Shown here: positions 8,975 through 17,087 of the stretch, piece after piece
How the letters are laid out: each line of letters opens with the position of its first letter
Position numbering within the stretch: position 1 is the first letter of the stretch
DNA from: a virus
Lineage: Duplodnaviria > Caudoviricetes
Reading direction: 5' to 3' (one strand)
Length of the DNA stretch: 60,486 nucleotides
Virus record (IMG/VR): IMGVR_UViG_3300037846_000086
Location: 1-60,486 of that record
Notes under the pieces: generated by a model
Told to the model about the DNA's origin: nothing
The model's input: the letters and a program-made list of their open reading frames with translations, nothing else
Database searches by the model: none
Program-made: the position numbers and the translations under genes

Positions 8975-9151
8975 ATGGAAAGCGTAAGTGAGTGGCGGGA
9001 CTACGTTCGGACGAAAGAGCAGATCAACGCTGACCTGCGCGAACAGGCGTTGCTTGAGTCTGCCGCGTTCTCTGATGCGCGCGACATTGCCGACGTGTTC
9101 CGGGATGGCCGTTGCCACCTGATTGGAAACGATGGGCATGTCATCCTTTGA
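8975..9151 (+). CDS. 58-aa hypothetical protein
   Basis: RBS GAGG and ATG; fills the terS-terL gap. Confidence 0.45.
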   Translation: MESVSEWRDYVRTKEQINADLREQALLESAAFSDARDIADVFRDGRCHLIGNDGHVIL

Positions 9152-11822
9152 TTCCCCGCCCCCGATCGTTGCGCCGGCTGATGCGAAAGCCATCCACCTC
9201 ATCCGCTCGGCCATGGCTGCTCGGCAAATCCAGGCCGAGCGGCATCTGATCGATTTTGTACGTCAGGCGTGGCCGATCGTCGAGCCGAATACCGAGTTCG
9301 TCGAAGGCAAGCACATTAACTTAATTTGTGAACATTTAGAGGCACTGTATTTAGGTCAGATTCGTAACCTTTTAATCAACATTCCACCTCGTTGCTCAAA
9401 GAGCTTGCTGACGTGCGTGTTCTTTTTCTGCTGGGTCTGGATTCACAAGCCGTGGACCCGCTGGATGTTTGCCAGCTATGCCCAGCAGCTCAGTACGCGG
9501 GACAGCCTCAAGTGCCGGTCAATCATCACGAGCCAGTGGTATCAAGAGCAGTGGGGCGCTAAGTTCCAGCTCCGCGACGATGCGAACCTAAAGACCCGCT
9601 TCGACAATACGAGGACGGGCTTTCGCCTGGCAACCAGCGTCGAAGGAATGGGCACCGGAGAGGGTGGTACGTATCAAATTATCGATGACCCGCACAACGT
9701 CGTCGAAGGGGAAAGCGAACTGCACCGCGAAGCTGTGCTGCGCTACCTCAGTCAGTCGATGATTACGCGCAGCAACGATCCGGGCCACGCCCGGAGATGC
9801 TTGGTCATGCAACGGCTGCACCACAAGGACGCGTCGGCGTGGGCGATCGAACAGGGGTGGGAGCACCTGATGCTGCCCATGGAATACGAGCCGGAGCGGC
9901 GGTGCCAGACGTCGATCGGCTGCGACTGGCGGACACAGCCCGGTGAACTGCTCTGTCCAGGGCGGATCGGTCCGAAGGAACTGGCGGAGCTGAAGCTGGC
10001 CCTTCGCGAGTACGGCACGGCCGGCCAGCTCCAGCAACGTCCGAGCCCCAAGGGCGGATCGATCTTCAAGCGGGAGTGGTTCCGCGTGTTCCGCGTAGCT
10101 CGGCTGCCAGGCGAAGCCAAGTTGCCATCCGGCTGTTCGAAGCTGCTGAGCTTCTGTTTCGAGTTGCTCCAGCCGGACGGCTCGGTCAAGCGGATCATGG
10201 CTTATGACTGCTGGTGGTTCCAGACGTGCGATACGGCGACGAGCACGGAGCAAGAGGCGGACTATACCGTCGTCTTGACTGGGGCCGTCACGCCGGACAA
10301 CGAGCTGCTGATCTGGGAAGTGAACCGCGAGCACTTACTCGTCCCGCTTCAGTACGGCTACTTGATCGCTCAGCGCGAACGATACGACTGCCTCGACTTC
10401 CAGGCCGTCGAAGCGGCGTCGAGCGGTATTGGGTTGATCCAAACGGCTAAGATGAAAGGCACCCCATTCCGCGTACTCAAAACCAAGGGCGTCTCCAAGG
10501 TGCGGCGGGCAACGGCGATTTCTATCATGTACGAAAATGGGAACGTCTACCACCGCGGGGCGGCGCCATGGCTGACGGACTTTGAGGATGAGATATTGCA
10601 GTTTCCGCGGGGGGTACACGACGATCAATGCCTTATCGCCGGCACGATGATCGAAACGGAGTACGGCCCGAGGGCAATCGAAGCGATTCGGATCGGCGAC
10701 CTGGTCTGGACCCGGCGAGGGCTCCGCCGGGTGTCGGCGGCCGGCATGACGAGCCCGTCGGCCGAGACAATGAGGCTGACGGCCGCTGATGGCCGATCGC
10801 TCCAAGGAACCGCTGGGCATCCGGTCTGGGTCGATGGGAGTGGGTTCACGCCCCTTGACGCCGTGACTTATGGCGGTATTCTGTCGATATGGGATGGAAA
10901 AAGAACCCGTCGATCAGGAAAGAGTACGTCGTATTTCGCGGCGTTACGTTCCGCCGTTACCCCGATTCTCCGCGACGGCATCTCCGCGTTTACTTCTGGC
11001 CTCCTTTGGTTGAAAAGCAGCGCGGCGTCGAAAGCTTGCACCGGGAGGTCTGGAAGTTTCACCGAGGGCCGATCCCCAAAGGATACGAGGTTCATCACAA
11101 AGACGAAGACCCGCTCAATAATTCGATCGACAATCTCGAATGCCTCTCGATCGGAGAGCACCGGCGACTTCACGCCATGTCTGGTGCGTTTCGATCCGAG
11201 AAGCAGCTCCAGCACCTTGATGAAATTCGGCACTTGGCTGCTGAGTGGCATAGTTCCGAAGAAGGCAGGGCTTGGCACAGTGAGCACGCCAAAAAACATC
11301 AGAGGAAAAAGCAATTGGTCGAATTCGTTTGCGAGCACTGCGGCAAGTCTCAACGCAAGCTCTTGCCCGTGCTTAACAGCAGGAATCCGAAGTATTGCAA
11401 TCCAGCCTGCGGCTCGGCAGCGCGTCGCAAATCTGGCATCGACAATGAAACAAGGGCCTGTGTCGAATGTGGGTCGGACTTCGTTACGAACAAGTACAGC
11501 AAGCAAAAGGTGTGCTCGCACGTCTGCGCTGGCCATCGTGCGGCTAGAGCGAGTGTCGCATCGCGAGCCCGTCTACAATCTGACCGTTGAAGGCGAGCAC
11601 GAATACTTCGCCAACGGTATTCTGGTTCATAATTGCGACGCGGTTTCCTACGCCGGAATTTTAATTACCGAAATGGCCATGCACTCGCCCGGCGTGAAGT
11701 CGATGTCCGATGAGGAATGGGAAGCGGCTGGCAAGTCGCTGGCAGATGAGAGCGAATCGGAATGGGACTTCGGCGACGATGCGCCCGGTCCGGAGCCGGC
11801 CGGAGATTGGGCTGCCTATTGA
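9123..11822 (+). CDS. terL: terminase large subunit containing an intein
   Basis: NIPPRCSKS Walker A, IIDDPH Walker B, MQRLH, QQRP, DTA and HDDQ|CDAVSYA nuclease motifs; true start probably ATG 9132 or 9138. Confidence 0.93.
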   Translation: METMGMSSFDSPPPIVAPADAKAIHLIRSAMAARQIQAERHLIDFVRQAWPIVEPNTEFVEGKHINLICEHLEALYLGQIRNLLINIPPRCSKSLLTCVFFFCWVWIHKPWTRWMFASYAQQLSTRDSLKCRSIITSQWYQEQWGAKFQLRDDANLKTRFDNTRTGFRLATSVEGMGTGEGGTYQIIDDPHNVVEGESELHREAVLRYLSQSMITRSNDPGHARRCLVMQRLHHKDASAWAIEQGWEHLMLPMEYEPERRCQTSIGCDWRTQPGELLCPGRIGPKELAELKLALREYGTAGQLQQRPSPKGGSIFKREWFRVFRVARLPGEAKLPSGCSKLLSFCFELLQPDGSVKRIMAYDCWWFQTCDTATSTEQEADYTVVLTGAVTPDNELLIWEVNREHLLVPLQYGYLIAQRERYDCLDFQAVEAASSGIGLIQTAKMKGTPFRVLKTKGVSKVRRATAISIMYENGNVYHRGAAPWLTDFEDEILQFPRGVHDDQCLIAGTMIETEYGPRAIEAIRIGDLVWTRRGLRRVSAAGMTSPSAETMRLTAADGRSLQGTAGHPVWVDGSGFTPLDAVTYGGILSIWDGKRTRRSGKSTSYFAALRSAVTPILRDGISAFTSGLLWLKSSAASKACTGRSGSFTEGRSPKDTRFITKTKTRSIIRSTISNASRSESTGDFTPCLVRFDPRSSSSTLMKFGTWLLSGIVPKKAGLGTVSTPKNIRGKSNWSNSFASTAASLNASSCPCLTAGIRSIAIQPAARQRVANLASTMKQGPVSNVGRTSLRTSTASKRCARTSALAIVRLERVSHREPVYNLTVEGEHEYFANGILVHNCDAVSYAGILITEMAMHSPGVKSMSDEEWEAAGKSLADESESEWDFGDDAPGPEPAGDWAAY
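10855..10882 (+). promoter_or_regulatory. internal promoter within the intein driving the nested HNH (leaderless)
   Basis: TTGACG-16nt-TATTCT, with ATG 6 nt after the -10 box. Confidence 0.55.
10889..11590 (+). CDS. HNH homing endonuclease with Zn fingers, nested out of frame in the intein
   Basis: LHREVW...EVHHKDEDPLNNSIDNLECLS..EH; CEHC/YCNPAC/CVEC/CSHVC; frame +2 relative to terL. Confidence 0.9.
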   Translation: MGWKKNPSIRKEYVVFRGVTFRRYPDSPRRHLRVYFWPPLVEKQRGVESLHREVWKFHRGPIPKGYEVHHKDEDPLNNSIDNLECLSIGEHRRLHAMSGAFRSEKQLQHLDEIRHLAAEWHSSEEGRAWHSEHAKKHQRKKQLVEFVCEHCGKSQRKLLPVLNSRNPKYCNPACGSAARRKSGIDNETRACVECGSDFVTNKYSKQKVCSHVCAGHRAARASVASRARLQSDR

Positions 11823-11855
11823 CCTCGCAACCGGTGTATCGTGGCAAATCCAGCA

Positions 11856-11945
11856 GGCTGCCGGGGTGCGTGCGATCCTTTAAGGGTGAGCCCTGCGGTT
11901 GCACATATCGCTGGGCCCGGCCACGGGAGCCGGCAGCCACTTTTT
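11856..11945 (+). ncRNA. candidate structured RNA element after terL
   Basis: 9-bp closing stem GGCTGCCGG/CCGGCAGCC with internal helices, followed by T5. Confidence 0.35.
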
Positions 11946-11960
11946 AAAGGAAACCAGACG

Positions 11961-12233
11961 ATGCAAGAATCCGAACACGCTGTTATGTTCCGTGCCCTGG
12001 AGCGCGAGCGGCACCGGCTGGCCCTGGCTGGGCAGTGGAACACCAACACCGGCGCAATCATCAACTGGAAGATGCAAGGGCTGTGGTTCCGCATGTCGCC
12101 CGATGAGCGTGCGGCTTCGGAGGTTGAACTGGAGCATCTGTGGGACGACGTGCCCGGCGGCAGCCCGGGTGCTCCGGTCGATGAGAATGGCGGCTGGTTG
12201 GTTCCCAGTCCATTGGCGGCAAGCTTACTATAG
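11961..12233 (+). CDS. hypothetical protein
   Basis: RBS AAAGGA and ATG. Confidence 0.55.
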   Translation: MQESEHAVMFRALERERHRLALAGQWNTNTGAIINWKMQGLWFRMSPDERAASEVELEHLWDDVPGGSPGAPVDENGGWLVPSPLAASLL

Positions 12234-12326
12234 TGCCATCGTCAGCAAGTGGAACGCGTCCGCCCTCCGTCGGCCGTTGTTCTGGATCACCTTGCTGGCG
12301 ATGGCCTTTTAGGCCGAGGTCCGACA

Positions 12327-12512
12327 ATGCCGAAAGTAAAGCCCCAAAAGCCACGCATTACGATCCGCGGCACGCGGCGCCGGGTGGTCGTGACCTTCGA
12401 TCGCTTGTCGCCGGCTGCTCACGAAATGATTGCCGCCCGTGTCACGAACATGGCGGAACTGCTGATGGATAACGGCTGGAAAGCCAGCGGCAAGATTCCG
12501 GTGGCGAGGTAG
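12327..12512 (+). CDS. small basic hypothetical protein
   Basis: RBS GAGG and ATG. Confidence 0.5.
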   Translation: MPKVKPQKPRITIRGTRRRVVVTFDRLSPAAHEMIAARVTNMAELLMDNGWKASGKIPVAR

Positions 12513-12726
12513 AAAATAGCCCCGATCGGAGCCAGTTCAGCCGATCGGACTTACCTGGACGTCGGGGCAGTTCACGGTCCGGATGCTGCTACCGCTTCGC
12601 CGGGACGGTCAGGGGCGAGCACACGGCTCGGCTTTGTCTTAGTCCCTCGCCGGCATAGACCGCGCCTTCGAGAGCAGGCTATCTTGCAGCTTGCTTGCGG
12701 CTACAAGGTAAGACGCTCTATCGCGA

Positions 12727-12957
12727 TTATACGCGCCGCGGCGCCGAATCAAACCACGCTTGATCGTTCCGCTCCACGAACTGCATGATGGCGCATGAGT
12801 CCGCGTGCTGTTCGCCGAACCCGCACTTGCACGAGCAGGCCGGCTTCTGCCGCCAGTCGAGCGGTGGTGGCATGCTCAAGCGTCCGTCGGCTTCCAGGGC
12901 GGCATCAGCGGCGGCTTGGCCAGGGGCGTTGTAGAACTCGCCGAAGGGGCTGGGCAT
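12727..12957 (-). CDS. small hypothetical protein with CSCKC-x5-H-x3-C motif
   Basis: Minus-strand RBS GGAGAG and ATG; no overlapping + strand gene. Confidence 0.5.
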   Translation of the reverse strand: MPSPFGEFYNAPGQAAADAALEADGRLSMPPPLDWRQKPACSCKCGFGEQHADSCAIMQFVERNDQAWFDSAPRRV

Positions 12958-12979
12958 GCAGCTCTCCAGAAAGAACCTG

Positions 12980-13390
12980 AGCCGGCAAGCTTTCGCCGGC
13001 CGGCTCAGTGGTAGCCATACAACCTGCCTCTGGCCGCGAGCCGAAGCCCGCGTCAGGCAGCCAAGCCTGAGCAACAGGGATGGCAGGGGCAACCCCCGGT
13101 AGCGAACCGGACGACGGCGTTTACGTGCTCAACGTCTTTCGGCATCAGAGAGGTTTACCGTCAGGCTGCCATAAGGCCGGGGCGAATGGGGTACACCAAC
13201 TCCCAGGCCAAGCAGGGCCGCCGAAGCGGTCCAGCGGCGCCGAATATACGCCAGCAACACACGCCTCGTAAGAGCCGCCGGACATCGCAACTTACCGGCT
13301 TTCCCTTGACGCCGAGCCCACGGCAGGGAACACTCTTGGATAGCAGACACCCCAGGGATGGGGACACCCCGCACCGCTCGGACGCAAAAA
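12980..13390 (+). ncRNA. candidate large structured RNA upstream of the portal gene
   Basis: Dense run of short hairpins, including GNRA-capped GGG-GCAA-CCC and CTC-GTAA-GAG. Confidence 0.4.
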
Positions 13391-13392
13391 TC

Positions 13393-16300
13393 GTGGCGCC
13401 AACCGCGTCTACTGATTCCTTTCCGGCTCCCTTCGAGGAGCATACGGCCGGCTTCCAGTTCGACGAGGACTTGGCCGGCAGTACGGGGGAAATCCGTTCC
13501 GACTCGCTGAACTTCGACAGCTTCAACGAGCTGGGGAACATTCTCGGCGAGCTGATGACCAGCGGCCGGGTCAGCCGCAACCAGGGCGGAATCTCCGTTA
13601 TTCAGCAGGTCGGTGCTCTGGCCTCGACCTGGATTCACGTCTGCATCCAGTGTCGCCGCGAGGGCATTGTCGCTACGCCGCTCCGCCTGTGGCAGAACAA
13701 GGCCGACGGCACGGCCGGCGAGGAGGTCACCAACCCCGAGCACCCCTACCTTCACGTACTCGAAAACCCGAACCCGATGGACACGCGGGCGGAGTTTTGG
13801 GACCAGACGGTCAACTTCTACGACCTGACCGGCAACGCCCTTTGGCTAAAGGTCCGCGGCCAGAACAACCGCAAGGTACAAGAGTTGTGGGTGCTGCCGT
13901 CGCAATTCATCGTGCCAGTGCATACGAAGGCCAAGCTGCTGTACGGCTACGCCATGCAGACGGCCTATGGCGACGAGGTCATTATCCCGGCCGAGGACAT
14001 CGTTCATTTCAAGGCGGCTAACCCCCGCGACCGCTTCTGGGGGCTCGGCACGCTGGCGGCCGCGGCTGACTCGATGAAGGCCTTCGATATGGTCAAGGCC
14101 TCGCGGCTGGCGGCGTTCAATAACGACATCCTGGCCAGCCTCTACTTCCAATGCAAGGATTCGCTGACGCGGCCGCAGTGGATTCGCCTGATGGGGTTGT
14201 TGCGCGAGCGCTACGCCGGCTACACGAAGGCCGGGCGGCCGTTGCTGCTGGAGAATGGGCTCGATGTCAAGCGGGTCAATCCAACGCCGAAGGAGATGGA
14301 GTTCCGCGGCTCGGCCGAAGATTTACGGGACGAGATTTGCGCCATCTTCCGCGTGCCGCCGCTGTTGGCGATGGTCGTCAAGAATGCGAACAACAGCAAC
14401 ACAGCCAGCCAGGAACGTGTTTGGGAGAAGTACACGGTTGCACCGCTGTGCGTTCGCTTCCAAGAGCGGATCAACAAAGACCTGACGCCCGAGTTCGGCC
14501 CCAACCTGGAAGCCGAGTTCGAGAGCCCGGTCCAGCAGGACAAGGTCGAGCAGTCGAAGATCGATGCCCAGGACATCATCAGCGGCAAGTCAACGGCCAA
14601 CGAAATCCGGGCCCGCGATGGGCTGGACACGGTGCCCTACGGCGACGGGCCGCCGTGGTGGTACCAGCTTCGCGCCCAGATGCTCAACTCGCAGGCCAAG
14701 ATTGAGCAAGCCAAAGTCGATCAACTCAAGCTCCAGCAGCAACAAGTCGTCGAGGTTCAAGACCCGACAGACGGAAATGGCGAGCAGACGCCTGGCGGCC
14801 CCGATGCCAATGTATCCGGCGGCGAGGACGCCAACGCCGACACGGCCTGGTCCGATGCCCAAGACGCCCGATCGGTCCCACGAAACACTGCATCCCGAAA
14901 CGCTGTGCGGGCGGAAGGGCCGGCACTCGAAATAACCGTCGAGTGCCGGCCGCCGTCTGCTGCCAGGGCCTTGTTGATCCGCACGGTGAGCAACGACTAC
15001 GCCGAGCTGGAAGACGAGACGGTCCCAACGCTACGCCGGTACTTCGTAGCGCAGAAGCGGCGCATCCTGGCCAATTTGGAAACGGCCTTCGGCGGCTTGA
15101 TTCCGCCGGGCTCTGATGCCGAAGTGGACGGCACGCGACTGAGCCTGTTCGAACGACGCAAGGCCTACTTTGTCACGGCCGGCGGAGTCATCTATGCCCG
15201 GCTGTTTCCCGACGGCGAGACGCTGCGCGAAGTCGGCAACGAGGAAGTGGCTCGACTCGGTTCGTTCGTCGCGGTGCCTGACTGCCGCTACCACGACGGC
15301 GAGTGGGCCGAGATCGTCGTTCGCACGCTGGATGCCAAACACGAGGATCAGCTTGACGACTGGCTGCGAGCGGCTGACGCCTTGGCCGAGTCGATGCTGC
15401 CAAAGCTCCGCAAGGCCATGCAGAAGGGCGGCGGCATGCAGTACAGCGCACTGGGCACGAGCAAGACGTTCGACCTCAACGATCCGCTGGCCGAAGAGTG
15501 GCTACGCGGCAAGGACCGCGACTACTGGAACGACACAGTTGGCGCCACGACGAAAAAGCTGCTGAGCGAAAAGCTGGCCAAGGTGATGGAGGAAGGGCCG
15601 AGTTGGAAAAAGCTGACGGCTGCGGTCAATGAAGTGATGGACGGCCGGATCAAAAGCTCGGCCATGACCATTGCTCGTACAGAGACACTGGGCGCATATT
15701 CGAGTGCCGCCGACATCGTGCGAACTGATCTTGGCGTCAACGAGAAAGAATGGCTATCGACGCTTGACGCTCGCACGCGAACGACGCATGCGATGGCGCA
15801 TGGGCAGAAGGTGGCGCAAAACGGGCTCTTTCATGTTGGCGACTCCAATCTACGATACCCTGGCGACCCGGCCGGCAGTGCGCGAGAGATTGTAAATTGC
15901 CGCTGCACTGCCGTTTCAATCATGGAATCCGTCGGCAGTCTTGGCCCGGCGCCCGGCCCTGGCCCGCAACCAGCGATCACGGAAAAGCCGAAGAAGAAGC
16001 CGGCGACAAAGAAGCCGAAGAAAGAACCAAAGCCCGCTAAGGAACCAAAACAGAAGCCATCCGAGCCGGAGCAGCCAAAGGGATTCGAGATTACTTACTC
16101 TGGGAACACGTCAGAGTCTTTCAGGGGTGAAGTTGCGTCGGCGGCAGACTCGATACCAAAATCGGTGCGAGATCGTGTTGAGGGCAAGTATGGCGCCAGG
16201 ATCGTAACGAACGAGCTACTTACCAATCACTTCACCGATCTGAAAGGCGTATGCCCGAACGGATGGCCACCTGGCTCGACATGGGATGAGGCCGAAGGCT

Positions 16301-16734
16301 TGTTCCAACATAGATCGAAAACGATCTTCTGTTCCGAGTTTACGCAGGCTAGTGGTCTCAGGAGCAAGAGCTATCGCGTCTCGGGTGTCATCAGGCACGA
16401 GTACGGGCATGCCTTTGACACGTCAGGAACCATGGACGTCAGTTTCATAAGCGGCGGAAGCTTTTCTAGCCGCCAGGCGTTTAAGGATGCTTATTCGGCG
16501 GACCTGAACGCACTGAAATCCCTGGCACTAGAAGGCGATGCCGTGGCCAAGGATGCCGTCAAGCACCTGGATTATTACCTTCAGCAGGGTTATGCTGGAC
16601 GCGATGAGGCTTTCGCCGAAGGGTTTGCAATTACCAACGGAGGGGGCGGAGGCAGTATCGAAGAGACAAGGCACTTCCGAAGGTTCTTTCCTACGGTGCT
16701 CAGTACGATTGAAGGGATTGTCAAGGCGCTATAA
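13393..16734 (+). CDS. HK97-family portal fused to MuF (SPP1 gp7-like) minor head domain and a C-terminal zincin metallopeptidase
   Basis: Portal motifs LTGNALW, DIVHFK, GLGTL, EICAIFRVPP, TANEIRA; MuF IARTET...KEWLST.DARTR.TH...YPGDP...NCRC; HEYGH...DEAFAE; GTG start preferred over ATG 13186. Confidence 0.9.
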   Translation: MAPTASTDSFPAPFEEHTAGFQFDEDLAGSTGEIRSDSLNFDSFNELGNILGELMTSGRVSRNQGGISVIQQVGALASTWIHVCIQCRREGIVATPLRLWQNKADGTAGEEVTNPEHPYLHVLENPNPMDTRAEFWDQTVNFYDLTGNALWLKVRGQNNRKVQELWVLPSQFIVPVHTKAKLLYGYAMQTAYGDEVIIPAEDIVHFKAANPRDRFWGLGTLAAAADSMKAFDMVKASRLAAFNNDILASLYFQCKDSLTRPQWIRLMGLLRERYAGYTKAGRPLLLENGLDVKRVNPTPKEMEFRGSAEDLRDEICAIFRVPPLLAMVVKNANNSNTASQERVWEKYTVAPLCVRFQERINKDLTPEFGPNLEAEFESPVQQDKVEQSKIDAQDIISGKSTANEIRARDGLDTVPYGDGPPWWYQLRAQMLNSQAKIEQAKVDQLKLQQQQVVEVQDPTDGNGEQTPGGPDANVSGGEDANADTAWSDAQDARSVPRNTASRNAVRAEGPALEITVECRPPSAARALLIRTVSNDYAELEDETVPTLRRYFVAQKRRILANLETAFGGLIPPGSDAEVDGTRLSLFERRKAYFVTAGGVIYARLFPDGETLREVGNEEVARLGSFVAVPDCRYHDGEWAEIVVRTLDAKHEDQLDDWLRAADALAESMLPKLRKAMQKGGGMQYSALGTSKTFDLNDPLAEEWLRGKDRDYWNDTVGATTKKLLSEKLAKVMEEGPSWKKLTAAVNEVMDGRIKSSAMTIARTETLGAYSSAADIVRTDLGVNEKEWLSTLDARTRTTHAMAHGQKVAQNGLFHVGDSNLRYPGDPAGSAREIVNCRCTAVSIMESVGSLGPAPGPGPQPAITEKPKKKPATKKPKKEPKPAKEPKQKPSEPEQPKGFEITYSGNTSESFRGEVASAADSIPKSVRDRVEGKYGARIVTNELLTNHFTDLKGVCPNGWPPGSTWDEAEGLFQHRSKTIFCSEFTQASGLRSKSYRVSGVIRHEYGHAFDTSGTMDVSFISGGSFSSRQAFKDAYSADLNALKSLALEGDAVAKDAVKHLDYYLQQGYAGRDEAFAEGFAITNGGGGGSIEETRHFRRFFPTVLSTIEGIVKAL

Positions 16735-16973
16735 TGCGAGTCTCAGTTCAAAAGAACGATACCGGCGGAACCGTTCTCTATGCGAGGGCGGTCGGTGACG
16801 GGATGGTCGGCGACTCGCGAATTCTCGTCCCTGGCAGTGACGATCAAGATCAGGCGCCGATTTTTGGGGTCGCAGCCGATGTGTGGCGTGAACTCAGTGT
16901 CGGTGGTTATGACGTAACCGAGCGAGCTGACGGTGACTCGGTTGTCAGTCCCATCGACGTGTTCGGTGGCTAG
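16734..16973 (+). CDS. small protein, candidate immunity partner of the MuF toxin domain
   Basis: TAATG coupling to the toxin-domain stop codon. Confidence 0.45.
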   Translation: MRVSVQKNDTGGTVLYARAVGDGMVGDSRILVPGSDDQDQAPIFGVAADVWRELSVGGYDVTERADGDSVVSPIDVFGG

Positions 16974-17087
16974 CTAGAATCTCCGATTGCCTAAGTACCC
17001 TAGACGGCGGAGCTTCGATCCAGTTATCTATTAGGGCTGTGGCAAGATGCCCGGCCATGTGGCTTGGATTGACCAAGGAGGGTCATT

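Larger units (their letters stand above)
10629..11633 (+). mobile_element. class 1 intein (335 aa) in the TerL nuclease domain
   Basis: Block A CLIAGTMIET, block B GTAGHPVW, blocks F/G VYNLTVEGEHEYFANGILVHN, +1 Cys. Confidence 0.95.

Noticed and set aside
11837-11849. TATCG-TGG-CAAAT and the half-sites near 7765, 8023 and 12719 as operator copies
   Set aside because: Three or more mismatches or wrong spacing; not distinguishable from chance
13186-13392. N-terminal 69 aa of the 1182-aa portal ORF
   Set aside because: Low-complexity translation over hairpin-rich DNA with no good RBS; the start is more likely GTG 13393 or later
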